Positions 48,672 to 59,314 of a stretch of 60,808 bases of DNA are shown here, one piece after another (within the stretch, counting starts at the first letter, position 1; every line of letters starts with the position of its first letter). This stretch comes from Putridiphycobacter sp. (GTDB lineage Bacteria > Bacteroidota > Bacteroidia > Flavobacteriales_D > Crocinitomicaceae). A model generated the notes under the pieces. It ran no database searches and was not told the DNA's origin. It saw only the letters and a program-made list of their open reading frames with translations. A program made the translations under genes and the position numbers. The stretch lies in contig JAWWDX010000001.1 of the NCBI GenBank assembly GCA_033719695.1, forward strand, positions 1-60,808, written 5' to 3'.

Positions 48672-51600
48672 TTAGTGCTTCACTACTCTCTTAATCATTG
48701 TATTGTTGTCAGCAATTAGTCTTACAAAGTAGATTCCACTTTCTAAGTTACTGAAGTCAACTTTTTGTCCACTTGTAATCGTGTTTGCACTGATTACAAT
48801 TTTACCATGTATGTCTATTAACTCAAACTGAGCATTTGCTTTGTCTGACAATGTGATTGTTAATAAATCATTTACTGGATTTGGATACACAGACGCAAAT
48901 GATGCAGTAGCGTCTTCAACTCCAACTGTATTAACCGTTACACATGTACTAGTTCCTGTACAGTTTTGATATGTAACCTCACAAGCATAATCTCCATTTG
49001 CCGTTGCAATGTACACTTGGTTAGTTGCACCAGCAATTGGTGTATTACCGTTTGTACAATCTATCCACTGGTACGTTGCACCTGGCTGGTTAGATGTTAA
49101 GTGAATACCACTCGACACAGAAACGGTGTAATTTGCATTTGTGATAGTTAAATCAAGCGTTAAGATACTATCGCATCCATTCGCTGCTGTAAACATTTCA
49201 GTATACATTCCTGTACTTGTGTATGTATTGCCTGCAGCTGATGTATAAGATTCACATTCAGTAGCTGTAATTGTATTTGTAACGGCATTATTGATTGTTA
49301 AATTCAAAGTAACTACACTATCACATCCATTTGAATTATTTAAGGTATATGTAGCAGAGTTGTTACTTGCTGTATAAGTTATACCATCAATCCATGTATA
49401 TGATTCACACGCAGTGATTGAAGCTGTACCTGCTGATGGTGAGTTAATTGTTAAATATAACGTCACTACACTATCACATCCAGCAGTATTCGTTAACGTA
49501 AACGTTGGTGCATTAGTGCTAGAAGTGTATGTCACACCATCAATCCAAGTATACGATTCACAAGCTGAAACAGCTGCTATGCCAGTATTGGAATGATTGA
49601 TTGTTAAATCTAAAGTAACAATACTATCACATCCGTTAGCGGCACCACCAGCTATGGTATAAGTAGCTGTGTTGTTGGAATTAGTATAAGTTAAACCGTT
49701 AATCCATGTATAAGAGTCACATGCTACTTGAACATCTGTACCTGTAGCAGCATTGTTGATTGTTAAATCTAAGGTCACTGTACTATCGCAACCAGCTGCA
49801 TTTGTTAACACAAATGTAGCTGTGTTATTTGATGCGGTATACGTGTTACCATCAATCCAAGTGTACGAATCACATGCTGTTTGAACATCTGTTCCAGTTG
49901 AAGAACTATTGATTGTTAAATCTAAAGTGTATACAGTGTCACAAACACCAGCAACGTTACTCACTACAGTATCAATTGCCGTATTATTGTCCGCAGTATA
50001 TGTCATACCATCAATCCATGTATATGAATCACATGCTACTTGAACATCTGTTGCAGCCACATAGCATGGTGCAATAACATTAATTGTGTAGTCTTCAAAT
50101 GATCCGTACGATCCAGTGTAACATGCGTCTGATGGCCCAGAATTATTATCTGTTCCTCCAATTCTCAAAGTATAAGAACCAAGCGCTACAGTTGCAGGAA
50201 TTGCAAATGTTCCAGACAATATTGTTGGATTAGCTGAAGCAGACAACCCAAAATACACTTCTTCACCAGCATCAAAGACTAAATCATTATTCCAGTCTAC
50301 CCAGATCTTTGTTCCATATGTATATCCAGTAGAATACTCAATTGAAAAGGCTTGCGCAGGAGCACCTTGAATCACATCTGTTGACAGAGCAGAATAATCA
50401 CCATAATTTCCTGGCTCTGAACCAGTAGTGTTGTTAATTGTTCCTAAAGTCACATTTGTTATACCACTTCCATCAACTGATGATGGTGATGGTGTACAGT
50501 AACCGGTGTAGAATGTTCCTGGGCCAGACCAGGTACTACTGTCACCAATTCCACAAATACCTCTGATATAAAAATCGTAATTTGTGCTAGCAGTTAAACC
50601 AGTTAAATTATATGGATTTGATGTAGTTGTCGGTATCAAAGTACCAGAGCCCGGTGTAAATCCTGTTGGTCCATATTCAATAGCCCATTCTGTTTCTCCT
50701 GTATTAGCTGTCCAACTTAGCTCTGCTGACGTGAACGTTAAATTTGAGGCACTTAACCCAGTTGGTAAAAAACATGTTGGGGCTTCAATAATTGAGATAT
50801 CATCAAGTAAGTTATCAGCCTCGTAATCCCAGCTGTCGCCACCTGATTCAGCTTTAAATCTTATTCTTACTAAGCTTGTACTGTATGTATATGCGCTGAT
50901 ATCGAACCCAAATAATTCCCAACCATTTGTCGATTGATTGATTGTCGTAATGGTATCCCATGATGTACCGTTCCAAGCTTCCACATACAGGAAGTTTTGC
51001 AGCACAATATTTGATCCTGCACACTCAGAATAATAAAACTGTAGATAAGGCGTCGTTAATGATGAAACATCAACATCATTCATTTCTAACGATACTTCTG
51101 AATCTGTACTTGATTGGTCCATCCATGCAAAATAGCCCCCGTTTCCAGTGTGATCGCTTGGTGTACCACACGCATTTTTTACCCCACAACCTTGGATAAA
51201 TTCCCATGGCCCACCTGAGGTTGCTGTTTGAGACCAACATGAAGGTGTACCTGTTACATTAAACGACTCAGTATATGGCGCTACAAATGCAACACATGCA
51301 GTCGTAAATGAAAAAGGTCCTGCCCAAGTACTTGTAACTGGTGCTCCACAATTAGCTCTAACATAGAACTCGTATGTTGTATTTGGAGTCAAACCAGAAA
51401 TATTTGACGGATTAGAAGTTGTTCCAGAAACTAAAGTTCCAGAACCTTGAGAAAAACCTGAAGTTCCCCATTCGTAATCCCACATTGTTTCACTACCAGT
51501 TGGTGTCCAACCTAAATCAGCTGATGTTGCTGTAATAGCCGTTGCTGTTAACATATTTGGTTGAAAACATGTAGGAGGCACATATTCATCTGCCCCTATA

Positions 51601-53942
51601 TCTGGCGTAGCCGTTCGTAAATCACCATCAATATCATCTACAATTGATGCTATTACAACTGCTGCGCCATCAGCGATTGTACCACCTAAATGTAAATCAA
51701 TAGCTCCTAAAAAAGTTGGGTCACCATATACTGAGTTTGCATTATTTAATGGATCAGCAACTATCCAGGCTGGAATATCCACGTAATCAGTTCCTACAAT
51801 GTCAACCAAAACACCAGCGGCTCCATGATAGTATACATTATAATCTATAACATCTGTTGCTCCTGGGGCTACATCTAACTCAACAACCTCTGGTCCAGTA
51901 GCTGTTACAAATATGTTGTTTCTAACATCATATTCGTTAGCTGAACTTGACAGCCAAAGTGCATTTTCATTATCAGCCGAAACTGTGTTGTGCCAAATAT
52001 CTATACTATCTGCGGCAGTTAAATAGATTCCTTCTGCAAAACCAAGTGAAGAAACCATGTTATTCGCTATCAAACCTCTTTGATTTGAATTCTGAGTAGA
52101 TGTATTCACCTGACTGAAATAAATACCATAGGTTCTAGCACCGTGTAAATCATTTTTAGTAACAATTGGGTGCTTTGCATAGTTCACGTACAGTGCATAA
52201 CCCGAAGATGTATTTCTAGTTAATATCACAGTATTTCCTTCAGCGATTGGTGAATCTTGATAGTAAAAATATATTCCGTAATAATAAGCATCAGTAATAT
52301 TACAATTAGAAACGGTGTTAAATGAATTATCTGCTGCTGCAGTGCTATTTCCGTAAAATCTAATACCATAATAGCCACCAACGGTAGTTGTATTACTAAT
52401 AGTTGTATTATTAGCATTGTTTCCTGTAGTACTAGTCGAAGTTAAACTTCCCGAAGCAAGAATAGCCACAACTAATGAGGAGGTTACCGTATTATCTACT
52501 GAAACAATACAACTGTCAACTGTATTAAAGTCAGCTGAATTTGTAAAATGAACACCATAGGCATTTGATGTACCTGTGTTTTCAATAGTCATGTTCTTCA
52601 CAGTAACATAATCAGTTCCATCTAAAGCTAAAGTGGCGTACTCGGTACCTGAGCCATCATAAGTCATTGTGGTCGTTGCAGCACCTGCTCCATTAAAAGT
52701 AATGGTATTTGTCGCACTCGACCCAATCACATCTCCAATAATGGCAGCGCCTGAATAGGTTCCGGCAGCAACATTAAATGTCACTGGTCCACTTACCCCA
52801 CAAGAATTTAAATCGTTAACTGCAGAAACAATGTCTGTATAGTCAGGACTTGTACCACCTACCGTATACGATCCAGACAAACTTGTACAAAGCGTAACAG
52901 CCATTGTGTCGTTACTTGTATCGCCGTCTGCATTCCCATTTGGCACAGATGTCCACGCTTCAATTGTTGAAGAGCCAGCCAAGAAATTATATGTGCCCAA
53001 CGTAACTGTTGCAGTTGCATTTGGCGCCAATGAACCCGTCCAGCTATATGCAGTTTGTGCTGTGCCATTTACAGTCCAGTCAATTGTTGCAGAAGTAAGG
53101 GTGTTTAAACCCGCATTTTCAATAGTTACATCCACATTTTGAACACCTGTAGTTAGAGGCGATACTGGCGCATCAATTGAAGCCAATGCGGCATTATCGT
53201 TTACTAATAAAACTGGCGTAAATTCATAGTAATCATTGTCTGGTGTTCCTGTACTACCAGCACCAAAAGGCTCCATAGCCGCTCCAAACTCAACTGCAGA
53301 AGTACTATTTTCTTGCACACCAATGGTTGCTGTAAGACCTGCACCTGAGCTATGATAATTAAAATCACAAACATAAACTTTATTGGTTGTTTCTTCAATA
53401 GCTATACCCCAATAAGCAAATGAGCATTGTGCACCACCTGAACCATTGTCGCCGTACTCATATGAATAGTACTTAAACCATAGTTGACGGTTTGGTGCTG
53501 TACCGAATACTTTGTAGTATATGGCATCATTTGATCCTGTTGTACCATCCGCAGTGTAAGAATCCCAAAATCCTAATATAGAATTATCTGGAATATTTGC
53601 AGTTCCTGTGGCTGGTAATGTGGTGTTTGCATCCGCTGGAATTGCAGTAGCTGTAGTGGTAAACGTAACCACCCCGTTACCGCTTATCATTACGTCCGTT
53701 ACCGCAGTACCATAAAAATCAAATGCAAATGGCAATGCAATGGGTGCTGACCAAGAGTTTGCTGTGGCACTGCCAGCAATCACTTGCGTCCAGCCTGTTG
53801 TACCAGCGTCTGTGTCGGTGTTAATACCACCTGGATTACCCCCGTCAACGACCTGGGTAACACTGTATGTATATTGTGCGAAGCTATTTGTCTGAACAAA
53901 CGCTGCAAACAATAAACACAGTGAAAGTAATTTTCTTTTCAT
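48672..53942 (-). CDS. 1756-aa multidomain T9SS (type A CTD) protein: Ig/CARDB-like, parallel beta-helix, FN3 x2, MAM-like, GEVED, six Cys repeats
   Basis: Signal peptide; TPDIGADE; GLTPNTTYEFYVR; WVDWNND..F...GSFEDY; VYPNPV...GIYFV...KRVVK. Confidence 0.92.
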   Translation of the reverse strand: MKRKLLSLCLLFAAFVQTNSFAQYTYSVTQVVDGGNPGGINTDTDAGTTGWTQVIAGSATANSWSAPIALPFAFDFYGTAVTDVMISGNGVVTFTTTATAIPADANTTLPATGTANIPDNSILGFWDSYTADGTTGSNDAIYYKVFGTAPNRQLWFKYYSYEYGDNGSGGAQCSFAYWGIAIEETTNKVYVCDFNYHSSGAGLTATIGVQENSTSAVEFGAAMEPFGAGSTGTPDNDYYEFTPVLLVNDNAALASIDAPVSPLTTGVQNVDVTIENAGLNTLTSATIDWTVNGTAQTAYSWTGSLAPNATATVTLGTYNFLAGSSTIEAWTSVPNGNADGDTSNDTMAVTLCTSLSGSYTVGGTSPDYTDIVSAVNDLNSCGVSGPVTFNVAAGTYSGAAIIGDVIGSSATNTITFNGAGAATTTMTYDGSGTEYATLALDGTDYVTVKNMTIENTGTSNAYGVHFTNSADFNTVDSCIVSVDNTVTSSLVVAILASGSLTSTSTTGNNANNTTISNTTTVGGYYGIRFYGNSTAAADNSFNTVSNCNITDAYYYGIYFYYQDSPIAEGNTVILTRNTSSGYALYVNYAKHPIVTKNDLHGARTYGIYFSQVNTSTQNSNQRGLIANNMVSSLGFAEGIYLTAADSIDIWHNTVSADNENALWLSSSANEYDVRNNIFVTATGPEVVELDVAPGATDVIDYNVYYHGAAGVLVDIVGTDYVDIPAWIVADPLNNANSVYGDPTFLGAIDLHLGGTIADGAAVVIASIVDDIDGDLRTATPDIGADEYVPPTCFQPNMLTATAITATSADLGWTPTGSETMWDYEWGTSGFSQGSGTLVSGTTSNPSNISGLTPNTTYEFYVRANCGAPVTSTWAGPFSFTTACVAFVAPYTESFNVTGTPSCWSQTATSGGPWEFIQGCGVKNACGTPSDHTGNGGYFAWMDQSSTDSEVSLEMNDVDVSSLTTPYLQFYYSECAGSNIVLQNFLYVEAWNGTSWDTITTINQSTNGWELFGFDISAYTYSTSLVRIRFKAESGGDSWDYEADNLLDDISIIEAPTCFLPTGLSASNLTFTSAELSWTANTGETEWAIEYGPTGFTPGSGTLIPTTTSNPYNLTGLTASTNYDFYIRGICGIGDSSTWSGPGTFYTGYCTPSPSSVDGSGITNVTLGTINNTTGSEPGNYGDYSALSTDVIQGAPAQAFSIEYSTGYTYGTKIWVDWNNDLVFDAGEEVYFGLSASANPTILSGTFAIPATVALGSYTLRIGGTDNNSGPSDACYTGSYGSFEDYTINVIAPCYVAATDVQVACDSYTWIDGMTYTADNNTAIDTVVSNVAGVCDTVYTLDLTINSSSTGTDVQTACDSYTWIDGNTYTASNNTATFVLTNAAGCDSTVTLDLTINNAATGTDVQVACDSYTWINGLTYTNSNNTATYTIAGGAANGCDSIVTLDLTINHSNTGIAAVSACESYTWIDGVTYTSSTNAPTFTLTNTAGCDSVVTLYLTINSPSAGTASITACESYTWIDGITYTASNNSATYTLNNSNGCDSVVTLNLTINNAVTNTITATECESYTSAAGNTYTSTGMYTEMFTAANGCDSILTLDLTITNANYTVSVSSGIHLTSNQPGATYQWIDCTNGNTPIAGATNQVYIATANGDYACEVTYQNCTGTSTCVTVNTVGVEDATASFASVYPNPVNDLLTITLSDKANAQFELIDIHGKIVISANTITSGQKVDFSNLESGIYFVRLIADNNTMIKRVVKH
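49140..50060 (-). repeat. Six ~50-aa tandem repeats (ACDSYTWIDG.TYT.SNNTAT..LTNAAGCDS.VTLDLTIN)
   Basis: Directly visible in the translation. Confidence 0.9.
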
Positions 53943-54087
53943 GTTCTTAAAATTTGTTAATAATTATAGTAATTCCTAAATGTAAGCAACTTTTTTCATT
54001 CTATAACGTCGAATAGGGCTATTTATACTCTTTATCGATAAATAAAGGCGATTTATAGAAGGGAGGGAAATAGTTGAAATTAATGCT

Positions 54088-54564
54088 TTAATCGTTTTCT
54101 GATAGTACTTCAACCCTTAATCCTAAGTCAATTATCTCTGGTAAGCTATCGTTTCGCATAGCTTGTTCAATCATAAAGTGATAGGTTCCCGTTGTTGGGA
54201 ATACACCTTTTGATATAACAGCCCTGTTTTCTACAACGGTTCCAGAATTATCACCGAGCCAATTACCTCTTGGGTCTGCTAAAAAGAACTCTAAGGTATC
54301 AATATCATGATAACCATTAGGATAATTACTATGCAGAAACATGTAGATATTACTATAAGGGTAATTTGTCGTCGTTCTTAAATTTATAGACAGTTTTACT
54401 GGCAACAATGAATCAGTAATCTCAAAAGAAAATGTTTTTGGATCTTCATAAACCCAAGTATTATTTTCAAAACCAACATTTTTTTCGTAAATCATGGCGT
54501 CATCACAACTGGTTAAACCAGCTATCAAACATAATACAGTGATATAACTAACCCTTTTTCTCAT
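54088..54564 (-). CDS. gldH: Gliding motility lipoprotein GldH
   Basis: From ATG 54564: lipobox LTSC, W, LR....YPYSNIY, DTLE..LA...G.WLG, IEQAMR. Downstream of ricT. Confidence 0.9.
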   Translation of the reverse strand: MRKRVSYITVLCLIAGLTSCDDAMIYEKNVGFENNTWVYEDPKTFSFEITDSLLPVKLSINLRTTTNYPYSNIYMFLHSNYPNGYHDIDTLEFFLADPRGNWLGDNSGTVVENRAVISKGVFPTTGTYHFMIEQAMRNDSLPEIIDLGLRVEVLSEND

Positions 54565-55963
54565 TTGGTTTAGGCTTGCTGTTTTGTGTTGAATTATTAT
54601 CTGATTTAGGTTTTGTGTTGGGTCTTTTCTTAAACGGCCGTTTTTTCTTTTGGTTAGGATTAGTTCCTTTTTTGACGTCTTGACCTTGGTTACCACCCGA
54701 ATTTGAATTATTTACCTTCTTTTTTACTGGTCGTTTTTGGCCACTATTTGCCGCTTTCTTTGTGGGACGGTTCGCGTTTTCTGATTTGTTCCTTGGTGCG
54801 TTTGAATTACCTCCCGTTTTATTTTGACGATTCTTATTTGTTCTTTTCTTCTTTTTACGTTTAAAGACGTGTTCAAATCTATTCAAACTATCCTGGCCTA
54901 CAACATTGGTATAATCCGGTTCCTTCACAGGTTCAAGGACAATGAACTCTTTTAAGTCTACTGGCTCTTCTCCTCGCTTGTTCATGGCAATAACTTCATG
55001 GACGCGATCAATCTTTAAGGGTACAAATCCTAAAGAAGCGCCTTCAGAATTAGCTTCATACAAATACCACATGGTGCCTTTAAAAACATCTGTCTTAACG
55101 TGAAACGCTCGTCCTTTTTTAGTTTTTAATTTGATGTCATTTCGAGGAAATGCCTTCAATGCCTCAATGTAAGTGTCGAGTTCATAATTTAAACAACACT
55201 TTAATTTCCCGCATTGACCGGCTAATTTGGCCTGATTCAAAGATAATTGCTGATACCTTGCAGATGCAGTCGAAACCGATCTAAAATCTGTCAACCATGT
55301 GGTACAACATAGTTCTCGTCCACACGAACCAATTCCGCCTAGGCGGGCCGCTTCTTGACGTGCCCCAATTTGTTTCATTTCAATCTTCACTGAAAACTTT
55401 TCAGCAAGATCTCTAATTAATTGTCTAAAATCAACCCTTTCATCTGCTGTATAATAGAAAATAGCTTTTGTGCCATCTCCTTGATATTCTACATCAGATA
55501 TTTTCATATCAAGGCCTAATGCTGAAGCAGCAACCCGGGCTTGATACATGGTATCATTTTCTTTATCTCTCGCAGCAACCCAACGGTCTATATCCGTTGT
55601 GTTCGCTTTTCTAATAATTTTATGTGCTTCGTGCGATTTAAGATTTGGTGCTTTCTTGCGGACCTGAATCCTTGCTAATTCACCTTCTACAGAAACTACA
55701 CCAACATCTACACCTTGGTCTGCTTCTACTACTACAGCGTCACCAACTTGTAGACTGAGGCTATCTGCATTTCTAAAAAACGATTTTCGACCGTTTTTAA
55801 ATCTTATTTCAACTATATCGTAAGCGCTTTGACCATTTGGCAATTCAATGTCTGCCAACCAGTTAAACACAGGTAATTTACTACAACCCCCTGAAGTACA
55901 GGTTCCGTTACTTTTACATCCACGAGGCACACCATTACTATTTCCGCAGCTTTGGCATCCCAT
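54548..55963 (-). CDS. ricT: PSP1/RicT (YaaT) family Fe-S regulatory protein with basic disordered tail
   Basis: N-terminal Cys cluster, RVDFRQL, IGARQEA..LGGIGSCGRELCC and GQCGKLKCCLNYE motifs. Confidence 0.9.
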   Translation of the reverse strand: MGCQSCGNSNGVPRGCKSNGTCTSGGCSKLPVFNWLADIELPNGQSAYDIVEIRFKNGRKSFFRNADSLSLQVGDAVVVEADQGVDVGVVSVEGELARIQVRKKAPNLKSHEAHKIIRKANTTDIDRWVAARDKENDTMYQARVAASALGLDMKISDVEYQGDGTKAIFYYTADERVDFRQLIRDLAEKFSVKIEMKQIGARQEAARLGGIGSCGRELCCTTWLTDFRSVSTASARYQQLSLNQAKLAGQCGKLKCCLNYELDTYIEALKAFPRNDIKLKTKKGRAFHVKTDVFKGTMWYLYEANSEGASLGFVPLKIDRVHEVIAMNKRGEEPVDLKEFIVLEPVKEPDYTNVVGQDSLNRFEHVFKRKKKKRTNKNRQNKTGGNSNAPRNKSENANRPTKKAANSGQKRPVKKKVNNSNSGGNQGQDVKKGTNPNQKKKRPFKKRPNTKPKSDNNSTQNSKPKPNEKKG

Positions 55964-56062
55964 AATTAAAAGTTTAGCTTGTAAAGTTAATGAATATTGT
56001 GCGAAACTGTTTTATTCTCAGATGAAATATTTTTTCCTTAGCTTTCTTCAATTTGTATGAAT

Positions 56063-56884
56063 TTAGAAACTAATCCTTTCTATTTCTACTTGCTCTGATT
56101 CCCCTATTTTCAAATATAAGACATTGTCTTCCAATCCACCTCCCACGCCACTAGCATAAAAGTGAAAGTTATCGTGTTTGTTTTCAACATAGGCAGGTAT
56201 AAAATCCCAACAACCTACGTCGCCAGCAAAAAAGTAGGTTGGCAAGTTTGCCGATTGAAACATTGGAAAAGCATCCGTCCAGAAACTGTGGCTGCCTTCT
56301 ATTAAATTTGTTGAATTGGTTCTAATAGAGTCTATATCATACACAGCGTCTTTAGGATTGGCCCACCACACTTGATGCGTGAATACAAAAATATTATTAA
56401 TTCCACTCAAATCGCTGAGCTCTGAATACAATAAATCAATTTGTGATTGATCAATAGTCCAACCCGAAAAATTTGTGTTGAGTACAAAAAACAAATTACT
56501 ATCAATTCGCTCTGCAAAGTATATGTTTGTTTGAATATTCTCTTGAAAGTAGTTTGAACCTAAATCGTGGTTTCCTGGAGCAATCCAGTAATCATTGATA
56601 TTTAGACTATCGAATTGAATTAAAATGTTTTCCCAATTTTCAGCGGTTGGTTTCGCAACCACATCCCCTGTAAAAACATACGTAACAGGATTTACAAAAA
56701 GGTTGAGCGTTTTAATAAAAGCAGGTAGTTCTTTGTAAAGACTTAATTCATAATCGACTGGATTCCCATAGGCATGGCCAATAATGATAAACTGCTGGCT
56801 TGGGTGCTTACTAAGTGTAATCGCATCTTTTCTACATGATTGGATAATGAATACAAGCGATATGAATAATACTAATTTATACAC
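56063..56884 (-). CDS. Metallophosphoesterase-fold lipoprotein with variant motifs
   Basis: Lipobox IQSC; GHAYG, TGDVV, PGNHD, FTHQ and AGDVG motifs. Confidence 0.7.
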   Translation of the reverse strand: MYKLVLFISLVFIIQSCRKDAITLSKHPSQQFIIIGHAYGNPVDYELSLYKELPAFIKTLNLFVNPVTYVFTGDVVAKPTAENWENILIQFDSLNINDYWIAPGNHDLGSNYFQENIQTNIYFAERIDSNLFFVLNTNFSGWTIDQSQIDLLYSELSDLSGINNIFVFTHQVWWANPKDAVYDIDSIRTNSTNLIEGSHSFWTDAFPMFQSANLPTYFFAGDVGCWDFIPAYVENKHDNFHFYASGVGGGLEDNVLYLKIGESEQVEIERISF

Positions 56885-58007
56885 CCTTTTTGATCAGTTT
56901 TGTGAGCTTTATCACTAAATCAGAAAACAACAATTTTGCATTTGCATTTCTATCAATATGGTAGATAGATTGATCGAATTCGTTAATCAATGCCGTGATA
57001 TTTTGATTGTTGATGAAGCGCGCAAATTTATCTAGAAATGCTTTTTCATCATTCTTCACGTTTACTTTTGACGCTCCCAAATAATTATAAATTAAACTTT
57101 CTCGAAACATGTGGAGGCCATATTTAAGAAAGTTCTTCTGATTTTCGCGGTCGTATTGAGCCAGTGTTTCGCTAATATCCATTAGGGCAATTGCATCAAT
57201 AGCATATGCGGCGCGCATGAGTTTTACAAAACTTTCAAAATAGCTACTGTCCATGGCGTCAGCATTTGTCATGTTTAATGCTTCTACCAAGTTTCCTTGC
57301 GTTAAGCTGGCCCAAGATTGAGCCGCCTCTTTATCAACACCAACATTTTTTATCAAATGATTTTTAACTTCTTCTGTTTTTAAATTCGGAATTTTTATGA
57401 TTTGTGTTCTTGAAATGATTGTTGGTAAAATAACATCCACTTCTTCGCAAACAAGAAAAAACAAGGTGTTTTCCGGTGGTTCTTCAAGAATTTTAAGAAG
57501 TTTATTAGCAGCGCTATTATTCATTTTCTCCGGTAGCCAGACAATCATAATTTTAAATTTGCCACTATACGATTTCAGAGATAATTTTTTTAGAATACTG
57601 CGACTTTCCTGCACTCCAATTTGGGCGTTTTTACTCATTTCTCCCGTGTATTCCTGCCACATATTCAAACTGCAATAAGGGTTTTGCAGTATGAATCTAT
57701 TCCATTGCTCTCTCCTATCATCAGCCACAGAAACTTTATCGGTTGCGGACTTGACAACGGGGTATACAAAGTGCACATCAGGATGTGTCAAGTGATTAAC
57801 TTTACTGCAAGCTGTGCAACTGCCACAGGAATCATTTTTACTAGGATTTTCACATAAAAGATATTGTGCAAATGCCATAGCTATGGGTAATTTCCCACAA
57901 CCTTCTTCACCTAAAAACATCTGTGCATGACTGATGCGTTCGTTTTTCGCCTCCTTGACTAAAACCGCCTTTATTTTTTCTTGACCAACAACATCTTTAA
58001 ACTGCAT
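56877..58007 (-). CDS. holB: DNA polymerase III delta' subunit
   Basis: VVGQ, HAQMF.G..GCGK, Zn finger, HPD, ANKLLKILEEPP and TIISR motifs. Confidence 0.93.
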   Translation of the reverse strand: MQFKDVVGQEKIKAVLVKEAKNERISHAQMFLGEEGCGKLPIAMAFAQYLLCENPSKNDSCGSCTACSKVNHLTHPDVHFVYPVVKSATDKVSVADDRREQWNRFILQNPYCSLNMWQEYTGEMSKNAQIGVQESRSILKKLSLKSYSGKFKIMIVWLPEKMNNSAANKLLKILEEPPENTLFFLVCEEVDVILPTIISRTQIIKIPNLKTEEVKNHLIKNVGVDKEAAQSWASLTQGNLVEALNMTNADAMDSSYFESFVKLMRAAYAIDAIALMDISETLAQYDRENQKNFLKYGLHMFRESLIYNYLGASKVNVKNDEKAFLDKFARFINNQNITALINEFDQSIYHIDRNANAKLLFSDLVIKLTKLIKKGV

Positions 58008-58010
58008 GCT

Positions 58011-58730
58011 CTAGTTAAATTCTACCGTTTTAAATGGATCAAATTCATTAATTGGGTTAACCTCTGACACGGTTTGATTGGCCACTTTAAAGGTTTTAGA
58101 TGGAAATTGCTCCATGATTGTTAAATCGTGTGTTGCCATTAAAACAGCTGTTCCCTCTTTCGCAATAGCTTTTAGTACAGCCATTATTTCCTGTGAAGTT
58201 TCTGGGTCTAAATTTCCAGTAGGTTCATCTGCCAAAATAAATTTAGGATGATTTAATAGGGCTCTTGCAATGGCAACCCGTTGCTGTTCTCCACCAGACA
58301 ATTGATGAGGCATAACATGTAATTTGTTATCTAACTGCACGAGCGCCATTACTTCTTCCGCCCTTTTTTTTATGTCTGCCTTTTTTTTCCAACCTGTGGC
58401 ACGCATTACAAACTCCAAGTTCTTATAGACTGACCTGTCGGTAAGTAACTGAAAGTCTTGGAAAACCACTCCCAATTCACGTCTTAAAAAGGGAACCTGC
58501 TTCCTGGTATGTTTCGCTAAATCAAAATTCCCTACGGCACCACTTCCAGCGGTTAAGGTCAGCTCGCCATACAGTGTTTTCAAGAAGCTACTTTTACCAC
58601 TCCCTGTTCTGCCAATTAAATAAACGAATTCTCCAGGATGTAATTCAACATTAATGTCTTTTAAAATTAATGTGCCCGATTGGGAAATTTCACCATTCTT
58701 AATCCAAAATATTCTCTCCGATTCGCTCAT
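58011..58730 (-). CDS. ftsE: Cell division ATP-binding protein FtsE-like
   Basis: GRTGSGKS, LRRELGVVFQDF.LL.DR, LSGGEQQR and ADEPTGNLDP motifs. Confidence 0.85.
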   Translation of the reverse strand: MSESERIFWIKNGEISQSGTLILKDINVELHPGEFVYLIGRTGSGKSSFLKTLYGELTLTAGSGAVGNFDLAKHTRKQVPFLRRELGVVFQDFQLLTDRSVYKNLEFVMRATGWKKKADIKKRAEEVMALVQLDNKLHVMPHQLSGGEQQRVAIARALLNHPKFILADEPTGNLDPETSQEIMAVLKAIAKEGTAVLMATHDLTIMEQFPSKTFKVANQTVSEVNPINEFDPFKTVEFN

Positions 58731-58735
58731 AACTT

Positions 58736-59314
58736 TTATTTAGCCATCATTCTTTTGACATATTTTCCTATAATGTCAAACTCCAAGTTCACTTTGTCGC
58801 CTATTTCTAAATTTTTAAAATTAGTATGTTCTATGGTATAAGGTATGATATGAACTGAAAATAAATTATTTTCTGACTGCACTACAGTTAAGCTTACACC
58901 ATTAACTGTAATACTGCCTTTGGGAACGGTAACATCATCATAATTGTATGCGAACACAAATTCCGTAGAGCCGTCGTGCCTAATAATATCAGTACATGTT
59001 CCAATGGTATCAACATGCCCTTGGACAATATGTCCATCAAGTCGACCGTTCATTTGCATGCAACGCTCAAGATTAATGTCGTCATTTACTTTCCAGTGAC
59101 CTAAATTGGTGCGCTTTAAAGATTCATCAATGGCGGTAACTGTATATTCGTCACCATTAATAGCCACCACTGTTAAACAACAACCATTGTGGGCCAAGCT
59201 TTGATCTACTTTAAGTTCTTGTGTAAATGGACATGCAAGTGTAAAGTGCACATTTGTACCTTCCCTTTCAATTGAATGAACTTTTCCTAAACCTTCAATA
59301 ATTCCTGTAAACAT
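58736..59314 (-). CDS. ribE: Riboflavin synthase (alpha chain)
   Basis: MFTGIIE, NGCCLTV, GHIVQGHVD, NGVSLTV and VNLEFD motifs. Confidence 0.96.
   Translation of the reverse strand: MFTGIIEGLGKVHSIEREGTNVHFTLACPFTQELKVDQSLAHNGCCLTVVAINGDEYTVTAIDESLKRTNLGHWKVNDDINLERCMQMNGRLDGHIVQGHVDTIGTCTDIIRHDGSTEFVFAYNYDDVTVPKGSITVNGVSLTVVQSENNLFSVHIIPYTIEHTNFKNLEIGDKVNLEFDIIGKYVKRMMAK

Noticed and set aside
54565-54696. Track's 43-aa N-terminal extension of GldH
   Set aside because: It lies within ricT; the lipoprotein signal begins at ATG 54564.
58011-58730. ftsE without an adjacent ftsX
   Set aside because: Unlinked ftsE and ftsX is, to my knowledge, common in Bacteroidota.
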